Shown: positions 1-12,498, counted from the first letter of the stretch. The stretch: DNA of 64,000 bases from Acidimicrobiia bacterium (GCA_046565645.1 JBKHYD010000015.1:114268-178267), one strand, 5' to 3'. Made by a program: numbers and translations. The notes: generated from the letters alone by a model not told the origin.

Positions 1-231
1 TTCCACGGCGCCTGGTCGATGTTCCAGAGCCTCGGGCTCAACAACCCCCGGTGGAACTCCTGGCGCCGGAGCTTCGCCGTGGGCTTCGCCGCCCTCGTGA
101 CCGGCGTGAACATCATGTTCCCGATCTCGGTCATGACCGGCCTGGTGAGCGCCGACGACAACCCCGACTGCCGGGTCTCCGGTGACGTCATCGAGACCTG
201 CGAGCTGTACGAGGAGGGCCACGACGGATGA
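1..231 (+). CDS. sdhC: Succinate dehydrogenase cytochrome b subunit, 3' part (start lies before the window)
   Basis: Frame 1 reads [12 protein letters not shown]..., followed by a hydrophobic helix; directly upstream of sdhA/sdhB. Confidence 0.8.
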   Translation, partial: FHGAWSMFQSLGLNNPRWNSWRRSFAVGFAALVTGVNIMFPISVMTGLVSADDNPDCRVSGDVIETCELYEEGHDG

Positions 232-322
232 GCGAGCGGAGCGAGCGAACCATGTCACAGCGGCTGTGCCCGGCACCCGGTGCCGACCGATCGCTGCCCG
301 CGACTCCGCCGGAGGAGCACCG

Positions 323-326
<4 letters not shown>
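228..326 (+). other. 32-aa mini-ORF / inserted element ([32 protein letters not shown]) between sdhC and sdhA
   Basis: ATG 228-230 overlaps the sdhC TGA (ATGA); its TGA 324-326 overlaps the sdhA GTG (GTGA); contains a GAGCGAGC repeat and the hairpin CGGCAC-CCG-GTGCCG. Confidence 0.45.
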
Positions 327-2242
<1,916 letters not shown>

Positions 2243-2256
2243 AGGAACGGCAACCG

Positions 2257-3018
2257 ATGCACGTGAAGCTCCACGTCTGGCGCCAGGCCGGCCCCGAGGC
2301 CCCCGGCGCCATGGAGACCTACGAGGCCACCGACATCTCCGAGGAGATGAGCTTCCTCGAGATGCTCGACGTCGTGAACGAGCGGCTCGTCAGCGAGGGC
2401 AAGGAGCCGATCGCCTTCGAGCACGACTGCCGCGAGGGCATCTGCGGCTCGTGCGGGATGATGATCAACGGCCAGGCCCACGGCCCCCAGAAGGGCACCG
2501 CCACCTGCCAGCTGCACATGCGGAAGTTCGCCGACGGGGACGAGATCCACATCGAGCCCTGGCGGGCCAAGGCCTTCCCGGTCCTGAAGGACCTCATCGT
2601 CGACCGCTCCCCCCTCGACGAGATCATCGAGGCGGGCGGGTTCATCAGCGCCCCCACCGGCGCCGCGCCCGACGCCAACCTCATCCCGGTCCCGAAGGAG
2701 GCGGCTGACGCGGCGATGGACGCCGCCGCCTGCATCGGCTGCGGGGCCTGCGTGGCCGCCTGCCCGAACTCGGCCGGTCAGCTCTTCACCGCGGCCAAGG
2801 CGCAGCACCTCAACCTGCTCCCCCAGGGCCAGGCCGAGCGCTACCAGCGGGTCGCGGCCATGGTCGACGCGATGGAGTCCTTCTTCGGCTCCTGCACCAA
2901 CCACGGCGAGTGCCAGGAGGCGTGCCCGAAGGAGATCTCGATCGACTTCATCGCCTACCTGAACCGCGACTACGTGAAGGCGCAGATCAAGAACCGCAAG
3001 CTGGCGGGCCAGCGCTGA
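2257..3018 (+). CDS. sdhB: Succinate dehydrogenase/fumarate reductase iron-sulfur subunit
   Basis: [34 protein letters not shown] Fe-S motifs; ATG 2257 after AGAGGA; 3' end of track ORF 280..3018. Confidence 0.95.
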   Translation: MHVKLHVWRQAGPEAPGAMETYEATDISEEMSFLEMLDVVNERLVSEGKEPIAFEHDCREGICGSCGMMINGQAHGPQKGTATCQLHMRKFADGDEIHIEPWRAKAFPVLKDLIVDRSPLDEIIEAGGFISAPTGAAPDANLIPVPKEAADAAMDAAACIGCGACVAACPNSAGQLFTAAKAQHLNLLPQGQAERYQRVAAMVDAMESFFGSCTNHGECQEACPKEISIDFIAYLNRDYVKAQIKNRKLAGQR

Positions 3019-3677
3019 TCGGGCTGGCCGCCGCCGCGGCGGAGGAGGACCTGGGCGGCCTGGCCGGCTGGGTCGTCGACGTCATCGAGCGCATCGGGGC
3101 CGTGGGCGTCGGCGCGCTCGTCGCCCTCGAGACGGTGTTCCCGCCCATCCCCTCCGAGGTCATCCTGCCCTTCGCCGGGTTCAGCGCCGCGCAGGGGGAC
3201 GTCAACCTCGTGGCGGCCTGGGTGGCGGCCACCGTCGGCGCGCTCGTCGGGGCCTGGCTGCTGTACGGGATCGGGGCGATGGTCGGGATCGAGCGGATCG
3301 CCGTGCTGGCATCGAAGCGGTGGTTCCCGCTGTTCAGCTCCACCGACCTCGATCGGGGCGACAGGTTCTTCCGCCGCCACGGGGACAAGGTGGTGCTCCT
3401 CGGCCGCTGCATCCCCCTCGTCCGGAGCATCGTGTCGGTCCCCGCCGGCATCGACCGGATGCCGCTCGGACGGTTCACGATGCTCACCGCCCTCGGGAGC
3501 GGCGTGTGGAACGCCCTCTTCATCGGCGCCGGCTACCAGCTGGGCAACCGATGGGACACCGTCGAGAGCTGGATCAAGCCGCTCAGCTACTCCGTGGTGG
3601 CGCTGCTCGGCCTCGGCGTGCTCGTGCTCGTCTGGCGGAAGCGGGAGGCCGTGAAGGCCGGCCGGGTCAGCGGCTGA
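3015..3677 (+). CDS. DedA family membrane protein
   Basis: [18 protein letters not shown] and [16 protein letters not shown] motifs; start uncertain (in-frame CTG at 3015 overlapping the sdhB stop). Confidence 0.85.
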   Translation: MIGLAAAAAEEDLGGLAGWVVDVIERIGAVGVGALVALETVFPPIPSEVILPFAGFSAAQGDVNLVAAWVAATVGALVGAWLLYGIGAMVGIERIAVLASKRWFPLFSSTDLDRGDRFFRRHGDKVVLLGRCIPLVRSIVSVPAGIDRMPLGRFTMLTALGSGVWNALFIGAGYQLGNRWDTVESWIKPLSYSVVALLGLGVLVLVWRKREAVKAGRVSG

Positions 3678-3683
3678 GCGACC

Positions 3684-4616
3684 TCACGGGCGGGGCTGGT
3701 TCCACTCGGTCCAGCCCACGCCGCGGCGACCGTCGGCGGCCTCGAAGCGGCACAGTGCCCTGGGGAAGCGGGCCACGCGCGGACCGGACCCGTCGTCGTC
3801 GACGAGGTTGACGGGCGAGAAGGCCACCGGCTCGACGGCGAGGTCGAGGTCGCCGCAGCGGAGCCGGGCGGAGGTCGGGAAGCCGTCGGCGTCGAGCTCC
3901 TCCTCGGCGGTGCAGAGGTCGATCTGCTGCACCGGGCCCCCAGGCGCCATCGTGTAGCCGGGTGCGAACGCCTCCAGACCGGGGATGCGGACCCGGGTGG
4001 TGTGGAAGCGGGTGCCGTCGTCCATCCAGCCCGCCGTCCACACCCAGCCCACGGTCCACCAGTCCCGCACGCCCCACGAGTGGTCGCGCTGGCCGACGCC
4101 GTCGAAGGCGATCGTCTCGTCGCCGACCAGGATCTCGCCGTGGACCATGCAGGACACCTCGTAGCGGGTGGTAGCCGGCCACGGGTAGACGCCGGACCCG
4201 TCGGTCTCCCACTCGAGGTCGAGCCCGAAGGGCACCCGATCGCCTCGAAGGTCGCCGTAGACCTCCTTGGGGTCGTCCACGGCGACGGCGAACGCCTCGC
4301 ACCCGAGCGTCAGGTGCTCGAACGGGGTCTCCACGGTGTGGTCGGCCCAGAGGCCCTCCGCCCGCACCTCGAGCGACGGGGCGGTGGGCAGCGGGACCTC
4401 GTGGTCGATGACGGTCACGAGCGGTCGCCCCTCCCCGACCAGGCAAGCCCAGTACCAGGCCACGCCCAGGTTGGGGTAGAGGCCGAGCCGCACGTAGCCG
4501 CCGAGCGTGCCGTCACGGTTCGCGAAGTCGAAGTACCAGGACTCCCCCCACAGCCGCTCTTCGCCCCACGGGTGGGCCAGCTCGTCGCTCTGTGCCAGGC
4601 CGTCGACGTCCATCAC
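3684..4616 (-). CDS. Uncharacterised CrtC/AttH(lipocalin)-like beta-barrel protein
   Basis: WGESWYFDF and GQRDHSWGVRDW motifs; GTG start overlaps the upstream stop (GTGA); 3' part of track ORF 3684..5351. Confidence 0.7.
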   Translation of the reverse strand: MMDVDGLAQSDELAHPWGEERLWGESWYFDFANRDGTLGGYVRLGLYPNLGVAWYWACLVGEGRPLVTVIDHEVPLPTAPSLEVRAEGLWADHTVETPFEHLTLGCEAFAVAVDDPKEVYGDLRGDRVPFGLDLEWETDGSGVYPWPATTRYEVSCMVHGEILVGDETIAFDGVGQRDHSWGVRDWWTVGWVWTAGWMDDGTRFHTTRVRIPGLEAFAPGYTMAPGGPVQQIDLCTAEEELDADGFPTSARLRCGDLDLAVEPVAFSPVNLVDDDGSGPRVARFPRALCRFEAADGRRGVGWTEWNQPRP

Positions 4617-5755
4617 GCTCCCTCGCTGTCGGGGTACCGCTCGTAGTAGGGGCCTTCGTCGGGGACGCCCGCGTTGTCGCCCTGGATGGCCGAGAACAGC
4701 TCGTAGGCCGGGCCCGGCAGGTCTCGGGGAACGGTCCAGTCCAGCTCGTCGGCCACCCCGGCCTCGACGGCGAAGGGGCGCAGGAACGTGAAGTACACGT
4801 AGGCGCCGGCCCGGATCTTCTCGTCCCGGCTCATGGCGGCGATGTTCCGGTAGTGCTGGGACTGCGCCTCGCGGACGGCGGCCACGATGCCGTCGTACTC
4901 CTCCGCTGGGACGAGCCGGAGCTCGCCGGGCGGCAGCCCGTCGGTGGTGTAGAGGGCGAAGCCGACCAGGTGGTCGAGGTAGCCCTCGGGGTCGTGGTTG
5001 CTGGTGCCGAAGTCCGTGAAGCGGCTCTCGACCCCCTCCAGCACGAGGGCCGCCGTCAGGTGGTGGTACGGCACGTCGGCGGCCACGTCGGACCACGGGA
5101 AGTCGCTCTCGGACAGGCGGTAGAAGTCGCGCACCAGCAGCGTCCGTCCGGGCTGGCCGGGGACGGGGTAGGGCCCGCTGTCGGCGTAGCCGGCCCGGGT
5201 GTCGAAGTAGAGCAGGAAGAGGTGGTTGACGAGCGTGGCGCTGAAGCGCTTCACCTGGGTGCGGCGCTCGTCGTCCTCGATGGGCTCCAGCGAGGCCAGC
5301 AGGGCCGCCACGGTGGCCTCGTCGTACGGGGTGTTCGTGCCGGTGTCCCACGTCTGCCGGGTGCCGTCGCCGCCCCGGTAGGCCATCGCCGCCCGCTCCC
5401 AGAAGTCGAGCACGGTGGCGGTGCGCTCCGGGTCGTCGACCGAGGGGTCGACCACCGCCATGATCTTGCGGCCCAGCAGGAAGAAGTTGGCGATCGACCA
5501 GAGGTAGCAGGCGTCGACCTGGCAGCCCGGGCGACGGGCCCGCCGCCCGATCTCCTCGGCTGGCATGGCCTCGTCGATCCGCTGCACCATGTCGGGGTAG
5601 CGCAGGAAGGCCTCGGCGCAGGCCACCACGATGTACGCGGTGACCGGGATCAGCGCGCTCTCCAGGGAGGTCCGCTCCTCGGTGAGGGCCTTCGAAATCG
5701 GCGCGTGGTAGTCGATGAGGCGGTTGGCGCGCGCCCGGGCCGGCTCCTCACCCAC
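4613..5755 (-). CDS. Hypothetical protein (380 aa) coupled to the phospho-His domain gene
   Basis: Protein-like composition, host-like codon pattern, overlaps both neighbours; no family recognised. Confidence 0.75.
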   Translation of the reverse strand: MGEEPARARANRLIDYHAPISKALTEERTSLESALIPVTAYIVVACAEAFLRYPDMVQRIDEAMPAEEIGRRARRPGCQVDACYLWSIANFFLLGRKIMAVVDPSVDDPERTATVLDFWERAAMAYRGGDGTRQTWDTGTNTPYDEATVAALLASLEPIEDDERRTQVKRFSATLVNHLFLLYFDTRAGYADSGPYPVPGQPGRTLLVRDFYRLSESDFPWSDVAADVPYHHLTAALVLEGVESRFTDFGTSNHDPEGYLDHLVGFALYTTDGLPPGELRLVPAEEYDGIVAAVREAQSQHYRNIAAMSRDEKIRAGAYVYFTFLRPFAVEAGVADELDWTVPRDLPGPAYELFSAIQGDNAGVPDEGPYYERYPDSEGA

Positions 5756-6092
5756 GGACGATCCCCTCGGGGCCGGAGCAGTCGAGCTCCACCTCGGTTC
5801 CGGCTGCTGGCTCGCCGCCGGGGAACTGGCAGCCCATCACGCAGGGGACCTGGAACTCCCGGCTCACGATGCCGATGTGGCTGCGCAGCGTCCCGCTGGT
5901 GCAGACGATGCCCGTCAGCTCGTGGTAGATCGGGGCCAGGAAGGTGGCCCCGGCGTCGCGCACGAGCGCCACCACCCCGTCGGCACCGGTGTCCATCAGG
6001 GCCAGCACGTCGTCCGGGCCCTCCATCGGTGTGAACCGGCCCCGCACGGGCGCGTGGTCGAACACCTTGGCCCCCCGTCCCAGGTCTCGCAT
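5748..6092 (-). CDS. Stand-alone PEP-utilising enzyme mobile (phospho-His swivel) domain protein
   Basis: SGTLRSHIGIVSREFQVPCVMG matches the GGxTSHAAIVAR..IP.V.G motif of PPDK/PEP synthase/Enzyme I; His codon at 5877-5879. Confidence 0.85.
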   Translation of the reverse strand: MRDLGRGAKVFDHAPVRGRFTPMEGPDDVLALMDTGADGVVALVRDAGATFLAPIYHELTGIVCTSGTLRSHIGIVSREFQVPCVMGCQFPGGEPAAGTEVELDCSGPEGIVRG

Positions 6093-6156
6093 GGCGAGGG
6101 ACCCTACTGGTCGTCGAGCCGGCCGCCACTGCTCGCCGGGTGGGTAGCGTCGGGCC

Positions 6157-6549
6157 GTGGCCGACTTCCTGAGCGACCCCTGGTTCGACGAGCTGGCGGC
6201 CGCCGCGGCACAGGCCCGGCCCCCGGAGGGCGTCCGCGTCGTGCTGCAGCAGGTGGTCAGCGACGACGCGTCAGCGGGTGCCCGCCCGCTCGAGGTGGCC
6301 TATGCCCTGCGGGTGGGCGACGGTCGGGTTGAGGTGGTCCGGGGCACGGTCCCCGACGCGGACGTGACCTTTCGCCTGGACCGGGCCACGGCCGCCGCGA
6401 TCGCACGGGGCGAGCTGAGCGCCCAGGCCGCGTTCCTGGCCGGGCGCCTGCGCATCGGTGGGGACGTGCACCGGTTCGGGGGCGCGGCGGAGGCCCTCGC
6501 CGACCTCGCCGACGTGTTCGGACAGGTGCGGGCCTCGACCCGCTGGTGA
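6157..6549 (+). CDS. SCP2 sterol/lipid-binding domain protein
   Basis: FLSDPWF start, PDADVTF..., LSAQAAFLAGRLRIGGD SCP2-type pattern; TAGCGT 6 nt upstream of the GTG. Confidence 0.75.
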   Translation: MADFLSDPWFDELAAAAAQARPPEGVRVVLQQVVSDDASAGARPLEVAYALRVGDGRVEVVRGTVPDADVTFRLDRATAAAIARGELSAQAAFLAGRLRIGGDVHRFGGAAEALADLADVFGQVRASTRW

Positions 6550-6717
6550 GCGCGACCGCCAGACAGACCCGGCTTGGACCAGGTGCGCGCTCAGCACCGG
6601 CCTGGCGGACACCTGCGAGCACCGCATGCTCGTCCCGCGCGTTCTCGGCGGCCTCACCCAGATCGCCCGGGGCGAACAGGGTCGAAGGTCCCTCTGGCCC
6701 TTGTAGGTTGGGGCGCC

Positions 6718-7554
6718 GTGCCGGAGCTCCCCGAGATCCAAGCGCACGCCGAGCGCCTCCACCGAGCCTTCGCGGGGGCCCGGTTGGAGCGCTTCGCCCC
6801 CCTCGCCTTCACCGTGCTCAAGACCGCCACGCCCCCGGCGGACGTCACCCACGGCCACGAGGTGGTCTTCGTCGGGCACCGGGGCAAGCACCTGCTCATC
6901 GACGTCGGGATGGCCACGTTCGTGATCCACCTGATGCAGGGCGGGCGCCTCGTCGTGGACGAGAAGCAGGCGGCCCGGCCCCGCAACGGTCAGGCCCGGT
7001 GGCTCTTCGACGACGGGCGGGCGCTGCTCCTCACCGAGGCCGGCACCGAGCGCAAGGCTGGCGTGTGGGTCGTGGCCGACGACCCGGAGGACCAGCCCCC
7101 CTTGGACGGCCTCGGCCCCGACGCCGGGTCGGTCGACCTGGACGAGCTGCAGGCCCTGCTCCAGGCGCACCCGATGCGGCTGCACGGGTTCCTGCGGGAC
7201 CAGCGGATCCTGGCCGGTCTGGGCCGGCGCCTGGCCAACGAGGTCTGCCACCGGGCGCAGCTCTCGCCGTTCGCCAACACCGCCAAGCTCGACCGCGACG
7301 ACGTGAAGCGCCTCCGGGAGGCGGTCGCCGTGTGCGTCAACGAGGGGCTGGCCTACGAGCGGGGCCTCGAGCAGATGAGCGCCTCCGCCGACCGCCCGGG
7401 CCACGTGCACCACCGGGTGGGCGAGCCGTGCCCCGCCTGCGGAGACACCATCCGATCGGTCGAGTACAGCGCCTACACGGTCGCCTACTGCCCCACCTGC
7501 CAGACCGGCGGCAGGGTCCTGGCCGACAACACGACCAGCCGCTTCTTGAAGTAG
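6718..7554 (+). CDS. Fpg/Nei family DNA glycosylase/AP lyase
   Basis: N-terminal PELPE, H2TH region LAGLGRRLANEV, C-terminal zinc finger CPACG...CPTCQ. Confidence 0.9.
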   Translation: MPELPEIQAHAERLHRAFAGARLERFAPLAFTVLKTATPPADVTHGHEVVFVGHRGKHLLIDVGMATFVIHLMQGGRLVVDEKQAARPRNGQARWLFDDGRALLLTEAGTERKAGVWVVADDPEDQPPLDGLGPDAGSVDLDELQALLQAHPMRLHGFLRDQRILAGLGRRLANEVCHRAQLSPFANTAKLDRDDVKRLREAVAVCVNEGLAYERGLEQMSASADRPGHVHHRVGEPCPACGDTIRSVEYSAYTVAYCPTCQTGGRVLADNTTSRFLK

Positions 7555-7573
7555 CGGGCGGGGGCGCTGCGGG

Positions 7574-8572
7574 CTAGATGAGCCCGAGGTCCTTCACGGC
7601 GTCGCGCTCCTCCACGAGCTCCCCGGCGCTCTTGTCGATGCCGGCTCGGCTGAAGTCGTCGATGTCGAGGCCCTGGACGACCTCGTAGCGCCCGTCGCGG
7701 CAGGTCACCGGGAACGAGGAGATGATCCCCTCGGGGACCCCGTAGGAGCCGTCGCTCGGGATCGCCATCGAGACCCAGTCGCCCTCGGGCGTGCCGAGGG
7801 ACCAGCTCCGGATGTGGTCGACCGCGGCGTTGGCGGCCGAGGCCGCCGACGAGAGGCCCCGGGCCTTGATGATGGCGGCACCCCGCTGCTGCACCGTGGG
7901 GATGAACTCGTCCTCCAGCCACGCCTGGTCGCGGCCGACGGCGTCGAACGCCGGTCGGCCGGCCACCTCGGCGTGGAACACGTCGGGGTACTGGGTGGCC
8001 GAGTGGTTGCCCCAGATCGTCATCTTGGTGACGTCGGTGCTGTGGGCGCCGGCCTTGGCGGCCAGCTGCGCAACAGCCCGGTTGTGGTCCAGGCGGGTCA
8101 TGGCGGTGAAGCGGTGGGGGTCGAGGTCTTTGGCGTTCTGCTGGGCGATCAGGGCGTTCGTGTTGGCCGGGTTCCCGACCACCAGCACCTTCACGTCTCG
8201 CTTCGCGCTTCGGGAGAGCGCCTCGCCCTGGGGCTTGAAGATGCCGCCGTTGGCGCCGAGGAGGTCGGCCCGCTCCATCCCGTCCTTGCGGGGCATGGCC
8301 CCCACGAGCAGCGCGACTTCGGCATCACCGAAGGCGACATCCGGGTCGTCGGTCTTCACCATGCCGGCGAGGAGCGGGAAGGCGCAGTCCTCGAGCTCCA
8401 TGGCCACCCCGTCCAGCGCTCCGAGGGCCGGCGTGATCTCGAGCATCTGGAGGACCACCGGCTGGTCGGGGCCGAGCATCGAACCCGACGCGATCCGGAA
8501 CAGGAGGCTGTAGCCGATCTGGCCAGCAGCCCCGGTGACAGCGACGCGGACGGGAGCCTCAGCAGATGCCAT
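7574..8572 (-). CDS. mdh: Malate dehydrogenase
   Basis: [43 protein letters not shown]. Confidence 0.97.
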   Translation of the reverse strand: MASAEAPVRVAVTGAAGQIGYSLLFRIASGSMLGPDQPVVLQMLEITPALGALDGVAMELEDCAFPLLAGMVKTDDPDVAFGDAEVALLVGAMPRKDGMERADLLGANGGIFKPQGEALSRSAKRDVKVLVVGNPANTNALIAQQNAKDLDPHRFTAMTRLDHNRAVAQLAAKAGAHSTDVTKMTIWGNHSATQYPDVFHAEVAGRPAFDAVGRDQAWLEDEFIPTVQQRGAAIIKARGLSSAASAANAAVDHIRSWSLGTPEGDWVSMAIPSDGSYGVPEGIISSFPVTCRDGRYEVVQGLDIDDFSRAGIDKSAGELVEERDAVKDLGLI

Positions 8573-8632
8573 GCGCCGAACCTAGTTGCCCTCCTCGAGG
8601 CCGCTCACATCGCTGCCCGCCTTCGGGGAGCA

Positions 8633-8664
8633 CGAGGGGGGCTGCCTCCCGGCACCCCCCCTCG
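8633..8664. terminator. GC-rich imperfect hairpin between the aldehyde dehydrogenase gene and mdh
   Basis: CGAGGGGGG-C-TGCC...GGCA-C-CCCCCCTCG; no U-tract, function inferred. Confidence 0.3.
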
Positions 8665-8698
8665 CCTGCGAACGACCCGGCTCCGGTCCGAGCTCGAC

Positions 8699-10126
8699 CT
8701 AGAGCTGCATCGACTTGACCTCGAGGAACTCCTCGAAGCCGAAGGTGCCGTACTCGCGGCCGTAGCCGGACTGCTTGTAGCCGCCGAAGGGTGCGTTGGG
8801 GTTGAACGAGCCGCCGTTCACCTCGATCTGCCCGGTGCGGATCTGGCGGGCGATCGCCTTGGCCCGCTCGGGGTCCGCCGACCACACGCCGCCCGACAGC
8901 CCGTAGGGCGAGTCGTTCGCGATCTCGACCGCCTCGTCCACCGACTCGTACGGCAGGATCGACAGCACCGGGCCGAAGATCTCCTCCTGGGCGATCGTCA
9001 TGTCGTTGCGGACCTCGGAGAACACGGTGGGCCGCACGTAGAAGCCCTGCTCGAAGCCCTCGGGCCGCTCCGGGCCGCCGGTGACCAGCTTGGCGCCCTC
9101 GTCGATGCCCTTCTGGATGTAGCTGGTGACCCGGTCCACCTGGGCCTGGCTGGCCAGCGGTCCGAGGCGGGCGCCGTCGGCGAAGGGGTCCATCGGCTGG
9201 TAGTTGGTCTCGACCTCGTCGGCCGCGATGCGCTCGGCGTCGGCCAGGCGGCTGGCGGGCACCAGCATCCGGGTGAGCGCGGTGCAGGTCTGGCCCTGGT
9301 TGATGTAGCACTTGCCGATGCCGTCGCGGACGGCCTTCTCGAAGCCGGCGTCGTCGAGGTCGTCGAGGAGGATGTTGGCGGACTTGCCGCCCAGCTCGAG
9401 CGCCACCCGCTTCAGGGTCTCGGACGCGGCGGCGGCCACGGCCTTGCCGGCCCGGGTGGAGCCGGTGAAGGACACCATGTCGACCTTCGGGTGGCGGGAG
9501 ATGGCCTCGCCGACCACGGGACCGGTGCCGGTCACGAGGTTGAAGACGCCGGCGGGGAGGCCGGCGTCGTGGATGACCTCGGCGAGGATGTAGGCGTCGA
9601 GCGGGGCGATCTCGCTCGGCTTCAGCACCACCGTGCAGCCGGCCGCCATGGCGTAGGCCACCTTGGCCGCGATCTGGTGGAGGGGGTAGTTCCAGGGGGT
9701 GATGGCGCCGACCACGCCGACGGGCTCGCGCACGACCAGGCTGTTGCCGACGGTGGTCTCGTACTCGTAGCTCTCGGCGATCTGGGCTGCGGTGCTGAAC
9801 GAGTTGATGGGGAGGCCGGCCTGGACGAGCAGGCTCAGCCACTTGGGCATGCCGGCTTCGCGCGTGACGACGGTGGCGATCTCGTCCATGCGGGCGCCGA
9901 GGCCCTCGGCGATGCGGGTGCAGAACTTGGCCCGCTCCTCGGGGCTCTTGGCCGCCCACTCGGGGAACGCCCTGGCAGCCGCCTCGACGGCCTTGTCCAC
10001 GTCGGCTGCGCTGCCGTTCGGGATGGACCCGATGACCTCACCGTTGGTGGAGTCGTAGACGTCGATCGTGCCCGAGCCCTCGGACGGGATCCAGGCGCCG
10101 TCGATGTAGATCTTGTCGTGCTGCAC
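8699..10126 (-). CDS. Aldehyde dehydrogenase family protein
   Basis: [22 protein letters not shown], catalytic GQTC, EEIFGPV; GTG 10126 with AGGGGG upstream. Confidence 0.93.
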   Translation of the reverse strand: MQHDKIYIDGAWIPSEGSGTIDVYDSTNGEVIGSIPNGSAADVDKAVEAAARAFPEWAAKSPEERAKFCTRIAEGLGARMDEIATVVTREAGMPKWLSLLVQAGLPINSFSTAAQIAESYEYETTVGNSLVVREPVGVVGAITPWNYPLHQIAAKVAYAMAAGCTVVLKPSEIAPLDAYILAEVIHDAGLPAGVFNLVTGTGPVVGEAISRHPKVDMVSFTGSTRAGKAVAAAASETLKRVALELGGKSANILLDDLDDAGFEKAVRDGIGKCYINQGQTCTALTRMLVPASRLADAERIAADEVETNYQPMDPFADGARLGPLASQAQVDRVTSYIQKGIDEGAKLVTGGPERPEGFEQGFYVRPTVFSEVRNDMTIAQEEIFGPVLSILPYESVDEAVEIANDSPYGLSGGVWSADPERAKAIARQIRTGQIEVNGGSFNPNAPFGGYKQSGYGREYGTFGFEEFLEVKSMQL

Positions 10127-10287
10127 AGGCACTTCCCCCTTTGCGGCGGCATCGGTGCCGCGGCGTCGTCGCTTCGATAACTGACGATATCGCTGGTCCG
10201 CTACCTTCCGCACATGCCCGGACACAACGTCGACCTACCGTCGGCCGGCTGCCCGCAGCCGGCGAGAGCGCCCGGCCAGGAGGGCTG

Positions 10288-10767
10288 ATGGCGGAGGACC
10301 TGCACCCGAACGTGGCCCGCGTGGTGGACGCGGCTGCCGATCTGGGGCTCGCGCTCGAGCCCCGTCGCTTCCCCGCTGGCACGCGCACCGCGCTCGACGC
10401 TGCGGAGGCCATCGGCGTGGAGGTCGGACAGATCGTGAAGAGCCTGATCTTCGCGGTGGACGGCGAGCTGGTCCTCGCCTACGTGAGCGGCGCCAACCAG
10501 CTCGACGAGGCGAAGCTGGCCGAAGCGGCCGGCGGAGAGCACTGCCAGCGGGTCGACGCCGACCTGGTCCGAACCTCGACGGGCTTCCCCATCGGCGGGG
10601 TCCCGCCCTTCGGCCACCGCACGCCGCTGCGGATCTTCGTCGACCGGCACCTCCTCGACCACGACGAGGTGTGGGCGGCGGCGGGGACGCCGCAGGACGT
10701 GTTCCCGATCGCCCCCTCAGAGCTGGTCCGGGTCAGCGGCGGCACCGTCTGCGACCTCGCCCGCTGA
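10288..10767 (+). CDS. YbaK/EbsC family aminoacyl-tRNA deacylase-like protein
   Basis: GQIVKSLIF, TGFPIGGVPPFGH, VWAAAGTP; ATG 10288 after AGGAGG. Confidence 0.9.
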   Translation: MAEDLHPNVARVVDAAADLGLALEPRRFPAGTRTALDAAEAIGVEVGQIVKSLIFAVDGELVLAYVSGANQLDEAKLAEAAGGEHCQRVDADLVRTSTGFPIGGVPPFGHRTPLRIFVDRHLLDHDEVWAAAGTPQDVFPIAPSELVRVSGGTVCDLAR

Positions 10768-10795
10768 GCGCCGGGTCGCCCACCGCGGTCGCCGG

Positions 10796-12498
10796 TCAGG
10801 TCTCGGTGGCGTCGAGGATCTCGTCGAGGCGGACGACGTCCTCCTCGGTGATCACCCCGACGTAGCGCTCCCCGTCGCAGACCGCGAGCCGGTCCACGTC
10901 GTGCTCGGCCATGGCCTGCACCGCCCGGGCGACCGTCCACCCTGGCTCGGCCACCGGCAGGTCCGTGCGCATCCGCTCGGCCACCGCGGTGGCGGCCCAG
11001 TCGGCCCGCTCGACCCCGGACAGCTCGTCCAGCCCCACCGTGCCGAGGTACCGGCTCCCGTCGACCACCACCGCGGCGCGCTGCCGGGCGCCCACGAGGT
11101 GGTGCCAGAAGAGCTCGTCGAGGGTGGCGTCGGGCGGGACGGTGCGCGCCTCCGTGTCCACGGCGCTGGCCACCGAGAGCGTCAGCCGGTGCTCGAGGTG
11201 GCCCACCCGACGGCTGGCCTGGTACGGCGTGACCGAGCGGCGGCCCATCACGAGCTGGGCCACCACCGCCGCGATCAGGCCCGGCACCACGAACCCCGGA
11301 CGGCCGGTCGCCTCGGCCACGAACACCACCGCGGCGAGCGGCACGCCGTAGCCGGCGCCGAGGAAGGCGGCGATGCCCACCACCGGGAACAGCGTGGCGT
11401 TGTCGGCGTCGAAGAGCCCGCTGGCCGCCTGTCCGACGAGGAAGCCCTGGAGCACCAGGGGGATGAACAGCCCGCCGACGCCCCCTCCCGCCACGGTGGC
11501 TGCGGTGGCCGCCACCCGCAGCGTGGCCGCCCCGGCGAGGAGCAGGACGCTGTTGTCGCCCTGGGCTGCCCAGCGCATCGTGTCGTAGCCCGCCCCGAGG
11601 GTGAGGTTCGTACCGGCCAGGAGGCGGCCCAGGCCGAAGAGCCCGGCCAGCACGACGCCGGCCACCACCGCCCGCCACCACGGCCCGAGGCGCCCGGCCG
11701 CGCTCTTCGCTGCGGTGATCACCACGGCGAAGAGCCGGGCGAAGCCCCCGGCGAGGAGGCCCACGGCGGCGGCCGCCGCGAGGTCGGGGAGATCGAGCGG
11801 CGGATGGCCCGCCACCGGGAAGAGGGGTTCGGTGCCGATGAGGGCGACGAAGGTGACGTAGCTGGTGGCGGACGCGACGGCGGCCGGGAGGACCATGCGC
11901 CGCGCGAGGTCGTCGTGGTAGGCACCTCGAGCGCGAACACGAGCCCGGTGACGGGGGCCTTGAAGATCGCGGCCACGCCGGCGGCGGCGCCCGCCACGAG
12001 CAGGAGCTTGGCGTCCTCGGTGGTGAAGAACCGGGGCAGTCGCCGCTGGAGCCACGAGCCGATCGAGGAGCCGGCGTAGATCGCAGGACCCTCGTAGCCC
12101 ATCGACCCGCCGAAGCCGAGGGTGGCCACCGCCGCCGCCATGCGCCCCGGCGCGGGCCGGGTGTCGAGGGGGCGACCCTGCTCGTGGAAGCTGCGGACGT
12201 ACTCGTCCGAGGTGGCCGGCGTGGCGCCGCCCGCCAGCCACCGAAGGGCGACACGGGTCAGCAGGAGACCCAGCAGGGGCATGAGCGCGAGGGCCGCCAA
12301 CGGGAGCTCCACCACCTCGGCGAAGATGATCTCGGCGGTGAGCCGCTCGAAGGCGGCCACGACGAGACCGGTGGCAGCGCCGGTGGCGCTGGCCAGGACG
12401 AGCACCTGCTGGGAGCGGCGCCCCGCGACGGCCAGCCGGTGACGGTCGATCGACCATCCTCGGTGCAGTGCCCGTCGGATCGGATCGAGAACGGCCAC
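10796..12498 (-). pseudogene. ClC-family chloride channel/antiporter with C-terminal CBS pair, split by a 1-nt frameshift near 11921
   Basis: N-half (GSMGYEGP, AAIFKAPVTGLVFALEVP) is in ORF 11719..12498; C-half (YHDDL..., GGLFIP, CBS domains) is in ORF 10796..12616; the junction reads GAG GTG CC TAC CAC. Confidence 0.85.

Noticed and set aside
6550-6717. Possible ncRNA in the SCP2-fpg gap
   Set aside because: Only short hairpins expected by chance at this GC; no recognisable family motif.
10175-10192. CGATA-N8-TATCG possible operator between the aldehyde dehydrogenase and ybaK genes
   Set aside because: 5-bp arms are too short to be significant and no regulator gene is adjacent.
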